Positions 28,196 through 43,204 of a stretch of DNA of 64,000 nucleotides are shown here, piece by piece. Numbering within the stretch: the stretch's first letter is position 1; each line of letters starts with the position of its first letter. The position numbers and the translations under genes were made by a program. Origin of the DNA: Eledone cirrhosa. Lineage: Eukaryota. Under the pieces are notes generated by a model. The model was not told where the DNA came from. It made no database searches and worked only from the letters and a program-made list of their open reading frames with translations. The stretch is taken from positions 139,996,001 through 140,060,000 of the forward strand of contig OZ024740.1 in the NCBI GenBank assembly GCA_964016885.1, read 5' to 3'.

Positions 28196-30023
28196 CCCCA
28201 GTACGTTACTGGTGCTTTATTTTATCGACCCCGTAAGGATGAAAGGCAAACTTAACCTCGCCTTTCATCCTTAAGGGGTCGATAAAATAAAGTACCAGGT
28301 AGGCACTGGGGTCGATTTAATCGACTTTCCTCTCCCCAAAATTGCTGGCCTTGTGCCTATATAAGAAACCATTATTATTATTTTGTAATCAAGGTGTACT
28401 GACTGATACAAAATAATGAGAATGATAAAAAAAAATAATAATGAGAATGATGATATTAAAGACTTTGATATTTTAAACGACTCATAGAAGTTGGAATCAG
28501 TGCATTTGGCAACAGCTTCTGTCCTAATCTTCGCTATTGATAGTTCACAGATATTTTCAACAATCCTCACACTTGTAACTGATTATTATACATTTGTAAC
28601 TGATTATTATACACTTGTAACTGATTATTATACATTTTACTCAAGAACAAACGCGCCACCCGATTCAGGAATCGAACCTATGACTTTATGATCACGAATC
28701 CAACACTAACAACTAGGCCACATGCTTACGTAGACAAGAGAAAATAATTTATTTTTAGGATTTGACACTTTTAAAATTGGATTTATTTTCTTTCCCTATC
28801 CTTTCCATTTCCACCTCACAATCAAAACAGACATTGAAATAAAACATATTCAAATGTGTCTCACCACCCACCCTCTTCTCGATGCTGCTCAACACGTGAC
28901 CCAATATCTCATAAAGTTACCAGTAGGAGTTTTAAATGAAGCAACATTCTCCTTAGCAGTTTAGTTTGAAGTGGATTTGTCAATGGGTGATTCCTTCATA
29001 TCGGCGAGTGGAGATCAGATGTTATTATAATCAATGATTAGTGTGGAATATGGTCGTTTTAGGTCAATCTTGACAAGCTTTTACCTATTTATTCATTTAT
29101 CTATTTATTATAGGCGGTTAGTTGCTAGAATATCAGATAGAATATTCAACGGTATTCATTCCATTTCTCTGCGCTCTGAGTTCAAATATCACCAAGATAA
29201 ACTTTGCCTTTCATCCTTTCGAGGTGTTTAAATAAATTACCAGTCTAGTACTGGAGACGATTCTTCTTCTATAATACTTTCTCCCTTCCAGTTCATCATT
29301 CTCTCTTTCTCTTCAAAAAATCGACTGTTTTCAGACAAGAAGAGGGATGGGCTCCGCCAGGTTTAAGTGCCCAAGACATGCTGTATATCATTACGGCGCC
29401 CTTGCACCCCAGTCAGGAGCTCAGACCCCATGGCATGATATGGTATGTTGTGAATTAGCAGAGTCATTAGAATATCGGATTAAATGCATCGGATTAAATG
29501 ATTTCATGTGAGGAAGATAGATAGACCATTGACGCAAATGCATTTCGTACACTTGCAAATTAAGAATGTTTTCTTTGGCCAAATTCCATTTCTATTTCAA
29601 GCATCTTATAAATGATAAAAGGTAATTAATGTGCTTTCAGTTACAAGTGTTAGGATTGTTGAAAATATCTGTGAACTATCAATAGCGAAGATTAGGACAG
29701 AAGCTGTTGCCAAATGCACTGATTCCAACTTCTATGAGTCGTTTAAAATATCAAAGTCTTTAATATCATCATTCTCATTATTATTTTTTTTTATCATTCT
29801 CATTATTTTGTATCAGTCAGTACACCTTGATTACAAAATAATAATAATGGTTTCTTATATAGGCACAAGGCCAGCAATTTTGGGGAGGGGAAAGTCGATT
29901 AAATCGACCCCAGTGCCTACCTGGTACTTTATTTTATCGACCCCTTAAGGATGAAAGGCGAGGTTAAGTTTGCCTTTCATCCTTACGGGGTCGATAAAAT
30001 AAAGCACCAGTAACGTACTGGGG
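28196..30023. repeat. Pair of ~390-bp near-identical inverted repeats (28196-28582, 29637-30023) containing SINE family A parts
   Basis: ORFs 28271-28570(-) and 29631-29948(+) translate identically; reverse-complement match visible. Confidence 0.9.
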
Positions 30024-30984
30024 TCGATTTAATCGACTTTCCCCTATCCAAAATTACTGGCCTTGTGCCTCTAGTAGAAAACATTGTTATTTTGTAATCA
30101 AGGTGTACTGACTGATACAAGATTTCTACCCTGTTTATTTTCATTTGATTTTACTTCAGACGGAACATCGTCATTAATTAATTAAACTGCAAATTAAAAA
30201 GTGTTGAGTAATTCTCTTTATACTATATCTATCCAACTGTATATTCATCACTCATTATCCTAGAGATTCGTAATTTGTAAGCCTCTTCCCCCCACCACCT
30301 CGCCATACAAACACACACACACATACACAGAAGGTCGGTGAAGGTAAGTAGGCAGACAGATAGATGAATGCATGCATTTACGCATGCAAACATGCATACA
30401 TGCATACATGCTTACATACATACACACACACGTACATGCATACATACATTCATACATACATACACACACATACATGAATACATACATACATGAACATCCA
30501 TATCTACACATGCAGACATACATACATATCTACCTAGTTGATGTTGTGTAAATTCCAATGAGAGAGTCTTGTGTCTTTGTTAGAAACCGACTCTCTCTCT
30601 ATTGGTAAAACTTTGTGAAATTATAAAACCAGAAGAACATACACATACATGAATACATACGTGCGTGTGTATGTTAGAATACCGTCGGTTTTGATGACGA
30701 GTGTTCCAGTTGATTTGATCAACGAAACATCGTACTCGTAAAATTAACGGTTGAGCATTCCAGACACGCGTACCATTAATGTTGTTCTCGGGGAGATTCA
30801 GCGGGGTTAAGAATGTGACAAAGCTAGCTTTTTTAATTACAATTTTAAATTCTTTTTTGAAGCTAAGTGGTACAATGTGAAATAATTCTCAAGATCATAC
30901 CGCGCAGCCAGGGATCAGTGGCCTTAAGATGGTGAGCCGAAGACCCTAACCACTATATAGAGTGATCATAGAAATGAATCCAAA

Positions 30985-33080
30985 ATATCTCCCATCATTT
31001 TTTGTCAATGAACTAGTATAGGCCAAATATCAACCACATAAAAAACAATTGGATCCCATTACCCTATTTTCTACAGATATTAGAATGAAATTTGGTGAGT
31101 ATAAATTTGCATTTTTTAAAATAAAACGTGAGAAAGTTGTGCTCTCCTGAAAACCTAAAGATGAACGACCTGATGATACAAACTCTACAGTTAGGTGATA
31201 ATTATTGGTATCCTGGACATGACGCGAATGTCAGATATGGTGGACCCATAAATAAGGAGAGGATTAGGAATGAATACCTCATTTTGGCCTGCTGAACTGG
31301 CCATTGCAAGACTGGGCTAGATTGAAATAAAGACTCACAAGCTATTCAGTGTTACTGGAGACTTAGGCTATATTTCTCACGTAAGGGGGGGGGGCCTAAA
31401 ATTCATATTAATATCGTACAAGACCCGGCTAATAATAATTGTTTCTACTTTAGGCACAAGGCCAGCAATTACCCAGTGCATTGTTGGTACTTTATTTTAT
31501 CGACCCCGTAAGGATGAAAGGCAAAGTCAACCTCGGCGGGATTTGAACTCAGACCGTAAAGGGACGTAACTATGCTGGAAAGCATGGCGTCCGACCCTCT
31601 ACCGATACTGCCAATCCACGGCTAATAATAATGATGCATCATCTTCAACAGAAGAAAAAGGTTAGCAGCCATATTACCCAGGTTTATGAGTGGGAAAATA
31701 ATAATATTGGTAGGATAGCCATTGATCTAGACGAGAGACATGAAATACGACCTGATACAAATCTCTCTCCTATGAACATTGGAAGAATCTACTTAACGCT
31801 AAAGAAATGGACCAATTCACATGCATACATACACACATTATGGCTGCAAACTCTGCTAAGAGTACTGCAATTGCTCTCTGCGCACATTAAAACATTGGCT
31901 TACAATGTGTTTGCTGTGTCTGTCCTAACACCAACATTTGGAATACTCGATAGTACGATAGACGAAATCCGAGCAATTGATGTTAAAATACGAAAAATTC
32001 TAAACAACACCGGAAACTTCCACATCAACAGTGACATAGACCGCCTCTACTTGAAACGTAAACAGGGAGGCAGAAGCTAACATCAGTCCAGACAGCATTT
32101 GAGTGTCGCATCATATCCCTCCGATAACATTTACGAACCTCGAAGCGTAGGAGCCCATCTATTAAACAAGTCTGTCTACATGAGACAGATAAGATAATGA
32201 GAATTGGGAAGGAACTCCTTGAAAGATACTCCTTGCATGATAATCAAAAACTCACACCCAGGGACATTGCCCAGCCATACCGCAGTAAATCCATGGATGA
32301 AAAACTGCTTGCTTATCAGCAAAAGTTCATGCATGGATATGATGCCAGGAATCTCCAGAGTGAGAGCAATATAGATAAGCAAAGTAGTCTATCTTGGACC
32401 AACAACCGCTATATTGGCTTCCACTTTGAAGGTTATGCAATCCAAGAACAGGAAATCAACACAAAATACCTGATTCACAAAAGAGATAGGGATGCATCTA
32501 GATGTGACAAGTGCAGACTCTGCAGAATTAACATGGAAGATGTCACCCACGTCATAAGCAGCTGTCCAAAGATGTCCTCGCGGTACTATCTACCTATGAG
32601 GCATGATGTAGTGGCCAAAACACTGTACAATGCAATCCGTAGAAAAGATAGCCCCGACAATAAACGCATTAAAAGCTACAGCAATGTGGAAGACACACAT
32701 ATACATAATATGAAAGAGTACTGGTGGAATGTACAAGTAAAAAAACCAATAAAATTCAGACATAACGGACCAGATATAATGATATGGGACAGGGAGAAGA
32801 AGGCATGCACAGTAGTGGAAGTTAGCTGTCCAGCAGATGCCAATATAATATTTAAGATTAGCTAAAAGGAGAATATCTATGTAGAACTAATGAGAAATCT
32901 ACAGATACTCCACCCTGATTATACCTTCAGATGTATGCCTCTGTTTATTGGGGCAGTGGGGGTATGTTAGTAACTGCCTCAATACAGATCTTGAGAAGAT
33001 GGGCTTCACAGAAACAGAAGTACAATCCATTAATGGAAAAGTAAAAATATGTAAAACATTCCAAAAATTCTGTATCTAAT
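30985..33080 (+). mobile_element. Degraded R4/Dong-type RLE retrotransposon (RT C-terminal part, CCHC knuckle, RLE), interrupted at about 31280-31865
   Basis: FSTDIRMKFG, IDRLYLKRKQGGR, AIQEQEI, CRLC..HVISSC, MRHD, PDIMIWD..EVSCP; related to 10010-10786. Confidence 0.8.
31440..31618 (-). mobile_element. SINE family A
   Basis: Near-full copy with 14-bp TSD cggctaataataat (31426-31439, 31619-31632). Confidence 0.88.
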
Positions 33081-33364
33081 AATTGCATACACACTTGTAC
33101 AGATACAAAGCATATGCACATGCACACATATACTCAAAACATACACATCCACACATACAATAACATCCATACCTACACACACATGCATGCATGCTGACAT
33201 GCATACATATTTACCTAGCTGATGCTGTGTAAATTCCAATGAGAGAGTCTTGTATCTATGTAACCGAAAAATTTGTGAAATTATAAAACCAGAAAAACAT
33301 ACATACATAATACATACATATATACACACATACATACGTACATATATGTGAGTTTGTGTATCAA

Positions 33365-33510
33365 CCGAGCTTCTGCAGTTTCCGTCTCATAAGTAACTGG
33401 TTAATACGAGGTTATAATGGAAGTTAGTGCCAAGGTGCTGTGTAGCAAGACTAAACCCAGAACCACAGGGTTGCGAAGCAATCTTTTCAACCACCCATTC
33501 ATGCCTGCGT
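33365..33510 (-). mobile_element. Degenerate SINE-like repeat, family C (also about 59915-60020 and 62425-62480)
   Basis: Shared cttc..cagtttcc.tct...aggctatag..gaag segment. Confidence 0.5.
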
Positions 33511-34528
33511 CTATATAATCGATGTTTTTACGATTTTCCCTGCTTTTCTCCAGATTACAACGTTACTTTGCAATGATCCTTATGGTTGGGTATATTGATA
33601 TTTCATTTGATATATTCACAATGTACACTTATTTTTTGCACAGTTTGGATTCATCCTCAGTTTCTCACGCGGCAAAAGTTCTTTGCCTGGGATTTGAAGT
33701 TTCCTCACTGGAAGCTAAATGCCATACATTTGAGAACCACTGCTTTATTATTTCTCTATTAGAAATGAGCAGGACACAATGTCGGGAATTTTATAAAGGG
33801 AAACAGGAAAAAGAAAAAAAAACAGAACGTGATTTGCTTCAAGAGGCCTCTTGGTGCACAAAACTGATTGCTTATATTGCAGATGATAAACACACTTAAC
33901 ATAGAGCTTCAAGAGAAAATAGAAAACCCTTTAACACAAACAACTAACATTGGTGTTGTTTAATGAAACAAAAAATGAAAAATAAGTTTACGGAAATGAA
34001 ATAAAATAAAATATTGAAACGTTGAAATGTTCCTGAAGAGATTAGAATGGACGGAGATGAAAGATTTAATGTGTAAAAAAACTTGTTTTACTGCAGCGAT
34101 ATATATATATATGAGTGTGTGTGTGTGTGTGTGTCTGTGTGTGTGTGTGTGTGTATTTGATTATATATATATATGTATATGTACATATATATATATATAT
34201 ATGTTTGTGTGTATGTATATGTATATATATATGTGTGTGTGTGTGTATATACTAGCATTTTAGAATCATCTTTGGTAAACAGAATTGAAAATGTTACACT
34301 GGTTCCCACCCATGTTTTTTATTCACAGTACAAGGATTAATTAATGTCTGTGCGTCAATATATACATGTATAAGTGTATACAAATATATCTATGTATACT
34401 TATATATGAATATATGTATATAGATGTGTATATATATATATGGATGTGTATATATATGTATATATATATATATGTATATACGTGTGTATATGTGTGTAGG
34501 TGGTGTAGCTATATATCAGTTTAAATAA

Positions 34529-34632
<104 letters not shown>

Positions 34633-34814
34633 TGTTATACTTTGGGAGAGTCATGCTGTTGGTTTTCATTTCAATTTATAATAAATTTCCGGCTGGTTGG
34701 TTGGTTCGATAATTGGAAAGTTGTTTATGTATTGTCAAAGTTTTTTCGTCACACATTCTGTGACCTCCTCAGTGACTAGGTTTTTTATTTTGTATCTCTC
34801 CTTTGTTCTGTCCT

Positions 34815-35100
34815 ACAGTATCTGGGACGCAACATGCTGTGACACGTTCTCCGCCTCCAACTTAGTCGCTTCTGCTACAAACTCTGGTACTGCGACCAGC
34901 AAAGCAAAGGGCGGAAAGACAAGCAAATGCGGGGAATTATTCGGCCGCTTCCACTTTGTACTGGTCACCGTCGAGACCTCAGGCGTCCTCTGACCCGGTA
35001 CTGCCTAGCTCCTCCGTAAAATCGGAACGTCAGCAGCAGGTCCTAGAAAGGAGCCCCGCGAGGTAGGGTGGCTGTCGCTGGTCATTGTCCGCGAGACGCA
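34815..35100 (+). pseudogene. Restriction-like endonuclease remnant of a CRE-type non-LTR element
   Basis: WDATCCDTFSASNL...K.SK..EL...FHFV.V.VETSG resembles the CRE RLE motif; stop codons present. Confidence 0.55.
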
Positions 35101-35748
35101 ACCAAAACACCTAGAGCCTATTATATCCTCTCCCCTTCCACCTCCCTTTCTTCCATGACCTAATAGTCCTTGCTTTTTCCCCCTTTTTCATCTCATTGAT
35201 GGTATTTATAGTCCTTTCCTCTATTTTCGTACACATTCAGATCTGTTACTTCTTCATCTCTTCCTCCCTCTGTTCATTACTCAATTTTGATTTTATCTTT
35301 TTTTTTTTCATATTTCCAGCATTGTGTAATTTCTTTTTTTAAATATAGTTGACATAATTTGTTTATGCATAAATAAATTTTATTGAATAAAAAATAATAT
35401 ATAAGAAGTACACGGAACAGAGTGACTACTATAACTACTCCCCGCATGCGAATTCTAGACACTTAGTCCTGTTCGGGATAAACACATCTATCATTTGTTG
35501 TTGTTTCGAACCGTTTTCGTTCTTACATTTGCAAGAGGGTTATAGCCCTAAAATATTATGTTGAAATATACGGGGTCAAAATATTTCTTTATTTCCTTTT
35601 GTCAGCCTTTGACTTTATATATTTCTACCACATTGCACCGGCTTCTTGAAATTGTTGGTTATTTATTACATATCTCACAATGCTTTGCATTAACTATACT
35701 ACTTTATTTACACATATTTATATACATATAGATAAATACATTCACACA

Positions 35749-35800
<52 letters not shown>

Positions 35801-36025
35801 TGTGTGTGTGTGTGTGTGTGTGTGCGTGTGGTGGGGGGGATGCGTCTGCTTTAAGTCTTTAATGTATCCTCGAAGCAAACAACTGTTAAATTTTTCCGCT
35901 CATTTACTTTTTACCAGATGAGAAAACCATTTTACGGAACTGACTCGATTTCTATTCCGAAAAAAACAAGCAAACTTCCTAAGTGATACCCATTATACAA
36001 AAAGGATATATATATATATATATAT

Positions 36026-36241
<216 letters not shown>

Positions 36242-36614
36242 AACAACAAACAGCGAAGGACGCGTTCCGGACTTGTCCGACAGACAACCTTTTCCCCCAC
36301 CTCGGAAAAAAAACCCAGTTGATGGATGTGAATCCGAAATATATAGGGACTATTAAATCTCTCCCAAGGTAACTCTCTCTTGTGTTGTTATTTTTATTTT
36401 ATCCTTTATATTCTTCCCTTCATTCTACACATCTCACACATCTTATACACACCACGCATCTCAACGTACACCCACTTACATCTCTCTCTCCACCACCGGA
36501 CCTTGTTACCCGGAGATTTACTCATTTGCATTGTCGAGGCTTCCAAACGACTTAAAGATATTTACATATATATATGGATTGAGAGGGACAAAGCTGCGTG
36601 GTTACTGATAACGA

Positions 36615-36760
36615 GTGCGTTACTGGTACTTTACTTATCGACCCCGTAAGAATGAAAGTCAAAGCTAAACTCGGTGAGATTGGAACTCAGAACGTAAATG
36701 GCCGTAACCCTTTGCCACAAAGGATGGTATCCGATGCTCTACCAATACTGCCAATCCAGA
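36615..36760 (-). mobile_element. SINE family A, diverged copy (another old copy at about 37190-37345)
   Basis: ctggtacttt...atcgaccccgtaagaatgaaag...gaactcag. Confidence 0.7.
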
Positions 36761-37775
36761 ATAATAATTGACTATTCGCTAATAACGAAATGTTCGTCTT
36801 TTCTCCTTTGTTAAAAATAATTCTTTTCTCAACATGTCGATCAGATAGATAATGGAGTCGGTAATACTCAGTTACGCTTTTCATTTTCTCATTTCAACTC
36901 CCACCGAAGTTAACTATGCGTTTCAACCTTCCAGGGATTAGTTTAAATTAAGTACCAGTTAAATGATGTTTCGATTAAATATCAACTTCATATGCATGCA
37001 TGCAATGTCCCGTAGCACCCGAAGGAGTTGTGGGTGCGCCGTATTGACATACGGCGTTTTTATAGAGCATTTTTAAAACTGGTAGAGACCAATCCTCTCC
37101 AAGTCTGAATGCTGTAGATTTCTTCAATAGAATGATAGAGAGAGTGAAAGAATGGAAGTGAGAAAGAGATATAGAGGAGGAATCGATTCCAGTACTTGAC
37201 TGGTACTTTACTATTTTATTGACCTAGAATGAATGAAAGACAAAATTGACCTCGGCGGGATTTTAATTCAGAGAGCAAAGAGCTGAAACTAATACCACAA
37301 AGCATTCTATCCTACGTTCTAACGTCTCTACCAACTCACCACCTTCAACTGCATGTATACCTCTAAATTAATATAAATTGCTAATATAAATTGCTTCTTT
37401 TATCAATGCATGGCTTTGTTGTTAAGATGTTTGTTTTATAATCATTTGTTTCCTGGTTTAATTCTGTTGCTTAGTAAGTTTCTTCTATCATATCTACAGG
37501 TCGATTGAAGAAAGCTGTGGGGGGAAATTGTGTAGAGAATAACTGTGCAGAAACGCACACATGTAAATATTTGCGTATTTCCATTGTTGTTGCTTAGCCC
37601 CGGACCACGGGTTTGTTTCAGCAAGGCTATCTTTTTAAGTTTATGTAGAGCTTCATTATCTAACGTAATTTTTACTTGAGACAATAGTTTGTAATTTAAG
37701 GGAATTTGGGGTGCTATTTCTAACAATTTCTAACAATTTTCCCGTAGAATGCTCCTTCACTGACTCATCTATAGT

Positions 37776-38047
37776 CAGAGATGGATTTAGACCTTGAGGG
37801 GCTGGGTGCACTTCAGGTTTGGTGGGAGGCTCATATACAAATCCACCAATTTTACATATCAAAATTAGCTTGGCGCAAGTAATTGGAATTGAAAAGTCAT
37901 ACATACAGGTATTAAATACAAACATTTTAATCATACTAAAAAAAAAAGCCCTGCTGAGTGCACACATAAATTACTACGGCCGTGGCTGATGGGGCTCCCA
38001 ATGCAGGGGGCAATTGTCCCCTTTGGCCCACATTAAATCCAGTCCTG
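37776..38047. mobile_element. hAT-like MITE
   Basis: Imperfect TIRs CAGAGATGGATTTA / TAAATCCAGTCCTG; degenerate 8-bp TSD tctatagt/tctatgtt; empty-site paralogue near 38264. Confidence 0.65.
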
Positions 38048-38705
38048 TCTATGTTCATGTATAAATACAGGGTATCCTATTATCTACACACACACAAACA
38101 AGCAAACACATACACACAACGCTAAAATCTATAAACAAAACAGTAAAAGGGAAATGAATGAATGGTGATTTATCCTTGAGACAGTAGGATGTAATTTAAG
38201 GAGATTTGGGCTGCTATTTCAAACAATTCCTGTGACTCCGTAGAATGCTCCTTCACTGACTCGTCTATGGTCACGTATAAACATAAGGTGTCCTATTTAC
38301 CATACACACACACACACACACAAACAAACAAACACACACAACACTAAAATCTATAAACAAAACAGTAAAAAGGAAATGAATGAGTGAAGTGAGGGATGGG
38401 GAAGGTAGGAGGGTATGAGTGAGTTTGAGGAGAGGGTTAGGGGGAGGATTTGAAAGACACGTGTCTTTTCTAGGTTAGTTTGGTGGACACGTTGTATATA
38501 TACACTGAACGAAATTTACCCTAAACTGTCATTCTTCAATAAACACACAGGAAATATTGGATGGGAAAGTTTCAGCTGTCTTCTGGCGCTCTTTAGCAAG
38601 ATTCAAGTCACAGTGTTTGTCTTTTACTTCATTTTAATTGGAGTTTTGTCAATTTGTAATTTTTATCTATCTTATCAATCTATTTTTGCACACACACGCG
38701 CACAC

Positions 38706-38818
<113 letters not shown>

Positions 38819-39347
38819 TACATACATATATATATATATAGCAAAAGAAGAACTAAAGGAGTCATTTGATGGTCTAGAATAGCAGAGTACATTGCTTCCA
38901 TATGATGTGGCGATGTCGTGGATTTGTGGCTAGATCTACCATGTTCTACCTGGCAAGCATTAGAATTGAAACGCAAAGTGGAGAGATGACTCAAAAACTT
39001 AAGAGGGAGGCGGAAAACATTTCATTGGGCATATGACAAAAGCATTTAAGTGAAATAAATAGTGCTAAGAATAGAAACAAAACCGTGAAAGATGGGAATG
39101 GTTACAACAACGTCACGATTCGGTTGATAGCGGTATGGATAACGAGGAAAATCGTGCTATAGAATGGAACATAAAAACCGGATATTCCCTGGTAGGGAAT
39201 ATTACGGCTTGAGGGAGCGATCCTGTCGAATGGTGCCGAAGTTGTAGAGATCGCCAATCGACATCTGATGAAGGGTATGTCCGTATGTGCCGCAGTGTAA
39301 GGTGTATGTACAATATATGCATATATATATATGTGTGTGTGTGTGTG

Positions 39348-39462
<115 letters not shown>

Positions 39463-39833
39463 TGGGTGGAAGCGAAATGTACTCAGGAAGCAGCGAGTAG
39501 GAAAAAATTGCAATTAACTATAATTTTCTTCTCAATTTCAAAAGCGGAACTCCCTTTAGGTTGTTCAGATAATGGGCCAGTTTAAGACAATGCAGTGTGA
39601 GTAAATCTTGCCTACAAACCAACCTAGTGAAAGAAACGGACACGATTCATATAAGAAGCAAGAATGGTGACAACTGCACACACACATATACACATACATA
39701 TCCATACATATATATCCATATATAGACACATACATACACACACACACATATATATATACATATATAGGTATATATATATATGTATATATATTAATAGAGA
39801 GAATAACCAAGTTATACTTAAAACATAATTTTA

Positions 39834-39946
<113 letters not shown>

Positions 39947-40189
39947 AGAGAGAAAGATTTGCGAGCCAACGTTTCTCTTAGATTTCATCCATACCGTTAG
40001 AAAGAATATAGTCAGCTACTGTAAACAGTAGTGTAAGGTGGAATGGTATGGTGTAGTTTTACTTGATTTATGACCCTTTGACGGAAGCCATCTTGAAAGA
40101 TGGCTGTCGTCCCTGAACATGAAGGGCTGATTCCGTGTTGACAGAAATAGGATGCGCGAAATGTCTGTGTTAGCTTGTTGGTTGTTGGT

Positions 40190-40765
40190 TGCTCGATGGT
40201 GGTAGTATGATAGTATGTCGGTGTTCGGGTTGAGGGTAGCTAATGACGATGGTGGATTTTGTAGAATCTTTGGTGTTTGTGTTTTGATGTGGCTACTTTT
40301 GATGGTAGTGTGGTAGTGGTTTGTTGGATATTCGGGTTTTGTTGGTTACTGTTCATCGTAGCAGTGTGGTAGTATGGTGATATGTTGATGAGTTCTTTTT
40401 TTTTGTGGGAGAGGGGCTACTAGTGTTAACTATAGTATAGTACAGGTATGGTGGTATATGGGATGTTGTACTGTTGATGTTGGTATGGTAGTATGTTGGA
40501 TGTTCGGGTTTTGGACAGCCATTTTTAGTGATGGTGGTGTGGTGTGGTAACATGGTGGGTGTTCGGGTTTCTTGTGGCTACCGATGTTGTTGGTGCTGGT
40601 GCTGGTGTGTGGTAGTATGTTGTGTGTTCGGGTTTCTGTTGGCTACTGTTGTGGTTGTTGGTGGTAGTGGTTGTAGTGGTGTGTTGGAAGTTCAGTTTAG
40701 AAATGATAATAGAGGCAATGTGGTAATAGTTTATTGGGTGTTCCGGTTTAGGCTTGCTACTGGTG
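40190..40765. repeat. Degenerate GT-rich minisatellite with recurring (G)TGTTCGGGTT..TGGCTAC motif
   Basis: Motif recurs near 40222, 40329, 40501, 40560, 40625 and 40739. Confidence 0.6.
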
Positions 40766-41568
40766 ATGGTAATAATATGATTGATAGTAGTTTTGTACTA
40801 GTGTTAGTAGAGGTAATATTGGAGGGAACTTGATTTGGGGATGGTGGTGGTCTTGGTGGTGGTGACGGTGCTGCTGCTGCTGCTGCTGCTGCTAGTAGTG
40901 CTGGAGTTGGCGGTCGTGGGTTTATGCTGGTTATATATATTTTGGTGTTGGTGGAAACGGCTGCGCCCCCTTTTTTTTTTTGTTGGTGTTCTTTAGCACC
41001 AGGGTAGCCATAACCGAGTAAACCTACGATCAAAGACATTCCAGTCGTGACAATCCAGTCTTATTTTCAGAAATTAGAATTTGAAATAAATTATCTAATC
41101 TGTCTATGATGGATGCTAATGGCGGCGGCGGCGGCGACTGGGAGGGTACTTGTCGTCGTCGTGGTATTGGCAGCGGTGGGGTGTTACAATTGCAGCAATG
41201 ATAATGATCATGATCATGAAGATAATGATAAGCGGTGGTTGGAATGGTGGAAGGTGGGAGGGCAGCAGTGGAATGGTGGTGAGGTTGAGTATGATAGCAG
41301 AGGTGATGAAAGCCATGTTTTAGTAATTCGAATGGACGGTTGATGGAACAAACTCGTTGTTTATAAACAAACCGTAGACATGATAGACCCCAACCGAATG
41401 GGAGACAGCCGCCATTTTATGAAAAGGTTAAAGCAGAATAGGGGGCGGACAAATTGATAGGAAGGCTGAGAAATAAGGGAGATAAGGCCTTATATATATG
41501 TGTGTGTGTGTGTGCGTGTTTGTGCACGCGTGTATGTATATATATATATATATGTGTGTGTGTGAGTG

Positions 41569-41599
<31 letters not shown>

Positions 41600-41759
41600 A
41601 TGTATATGCACACATATTTATATGTGTATATATACATGCATATATATATATTATATATACATGTGTGTGCGTGTGTGTGGGGGGGGGGCGTGTATATATG
41701 TATATGGGTGGGTGTGAAATTGGTTTATTGGTTATATCAGTGTCAAAAAATAAAATAAT

Positions 41760-41944
41760 TGTTTCTACTTTAGGCACAAGGCCAGCAATTACCCAGTGCA
41801 TTACTGGTACTTTATTTTATCGACCCCGTAAGGATGAAAGGCAAAGTCAACCTCGGCGGGATTTGAACTCAGATCGTAAAGGGGCGTAACTATGCTAGAA
41901 AGCATGGCGTCCGACCCTCTACCGATACTGCCAATCCACCGCCC
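41760..41944 (-). mobile_element. SINE family A, full length
   Basis: 18-bp flanking duplication gtcaaaaaataaaataat (41742-41759, 41958-41975). Confidence 0.88.
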
Positions 41945-42895
41945 TACTTGACCGAGAGTCAAAAAATAAAATAATGTAATATAAAAAGGTAAAGCTGAAC
42001 GCTAGAATATCTGTTAAAACAGCCAAATGCCGTCAAAGACAACGATGGGCAAACTGCCTCAGGACAGAGACCACCAGCCATGGGTTGGCAGAGAGTCAAT
42101 CCACGAGGTGGGTGATAAACAAATAAAACACAGAAGAGATTCAGAGATGCAGGGCAAGAAAGCAATAAAATAAAACAAGACAAGATCAGCTGATGAAAAC
42201 ATTCTGGCATTTGAATGTTAGAATATTTCAAGCATTCTGGTATTGTCTTTCTAACATATTGTATTGAATCTGTAACATATTACATACTGTTCACACGGGA
42301 CCCAAATTGTTATAGCTGAGTCGAAATTTATACGTAACCCGGGAATTATACTCGTTTACTCATTTATTGGTTTCAGTCGTTAGACTACAGCCATGCTGAG
42401 ACACTGAGTATTTGTTTGTCAAAATAGCTCTGAGGTCCGAAAAATGTGTTCAGTAACCGTTACACAGAATCGAATGCCGTATTCCTCGAATTCCGGCCGA
42501 GTGCTATAGCTATTGAGCTTTCCGTCTAAATTAGAAGTTATATAAATAGTTTGGCTGTAACAACATTCTATATAAACTGTCGAAACGTTGGGTAATATGA
42601 AATTCAAACACTTGTCCAAAGATGCCCTCTTATCCATTTAAATAGGAAAACACGACCACTTAGTCCTTGAATGACTTTAGAGGCGCCGGATTGGCAGGGC
42701 AGAGTTATTAAGGCGTCGGGTAGAGTGATTTACAGCAGCCATTCCGGCTTTCTGCGCTCTGAATACAATTCTCGATGAGACCAACTTTGTCTTTCATCCT
42801 TTCCAAATTGATAGTACCAGTCCATTACTGAGATAAATCCTCCCCTCTCCCTCATCATCAGACATACACACACACACACACTCTCTCTCTCTCTC

Positions 42896-42992
<97 letters not shown>

Positions 42993-43204
42993 CTTTGTTT
43001 TTTGTTTTTTTTCTCTGGAAGAAATCTGTTATGTTCAGACCTGGTGAGGGATGGGTTTCGCCGGGTCTAAATGCCTTACACAAGCCATATGTCATCATTG
43101 CACATCTACGACTCCATCAGACGTTTTGCACCCATGAGATCAGTGAGCCAATATTCATCTAGAAATAGCAGCGAAATCTTCCTCAAATTCACACTTCAGA
43201 AAAG

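Noticed and set aside
28271-29948. Duplicated small protein gene (identical ~100-aa ORFs)
   Set aside because: A by-product of the inverted duplication; the ORF runs through SINE and AT-rich sequence
33522-33899. Host exon (also 20739-21014 and 3432-3740)
   Set aside because: No recognisable domain or consistent splice context; small host exons cannot be excluded without RNA-seq
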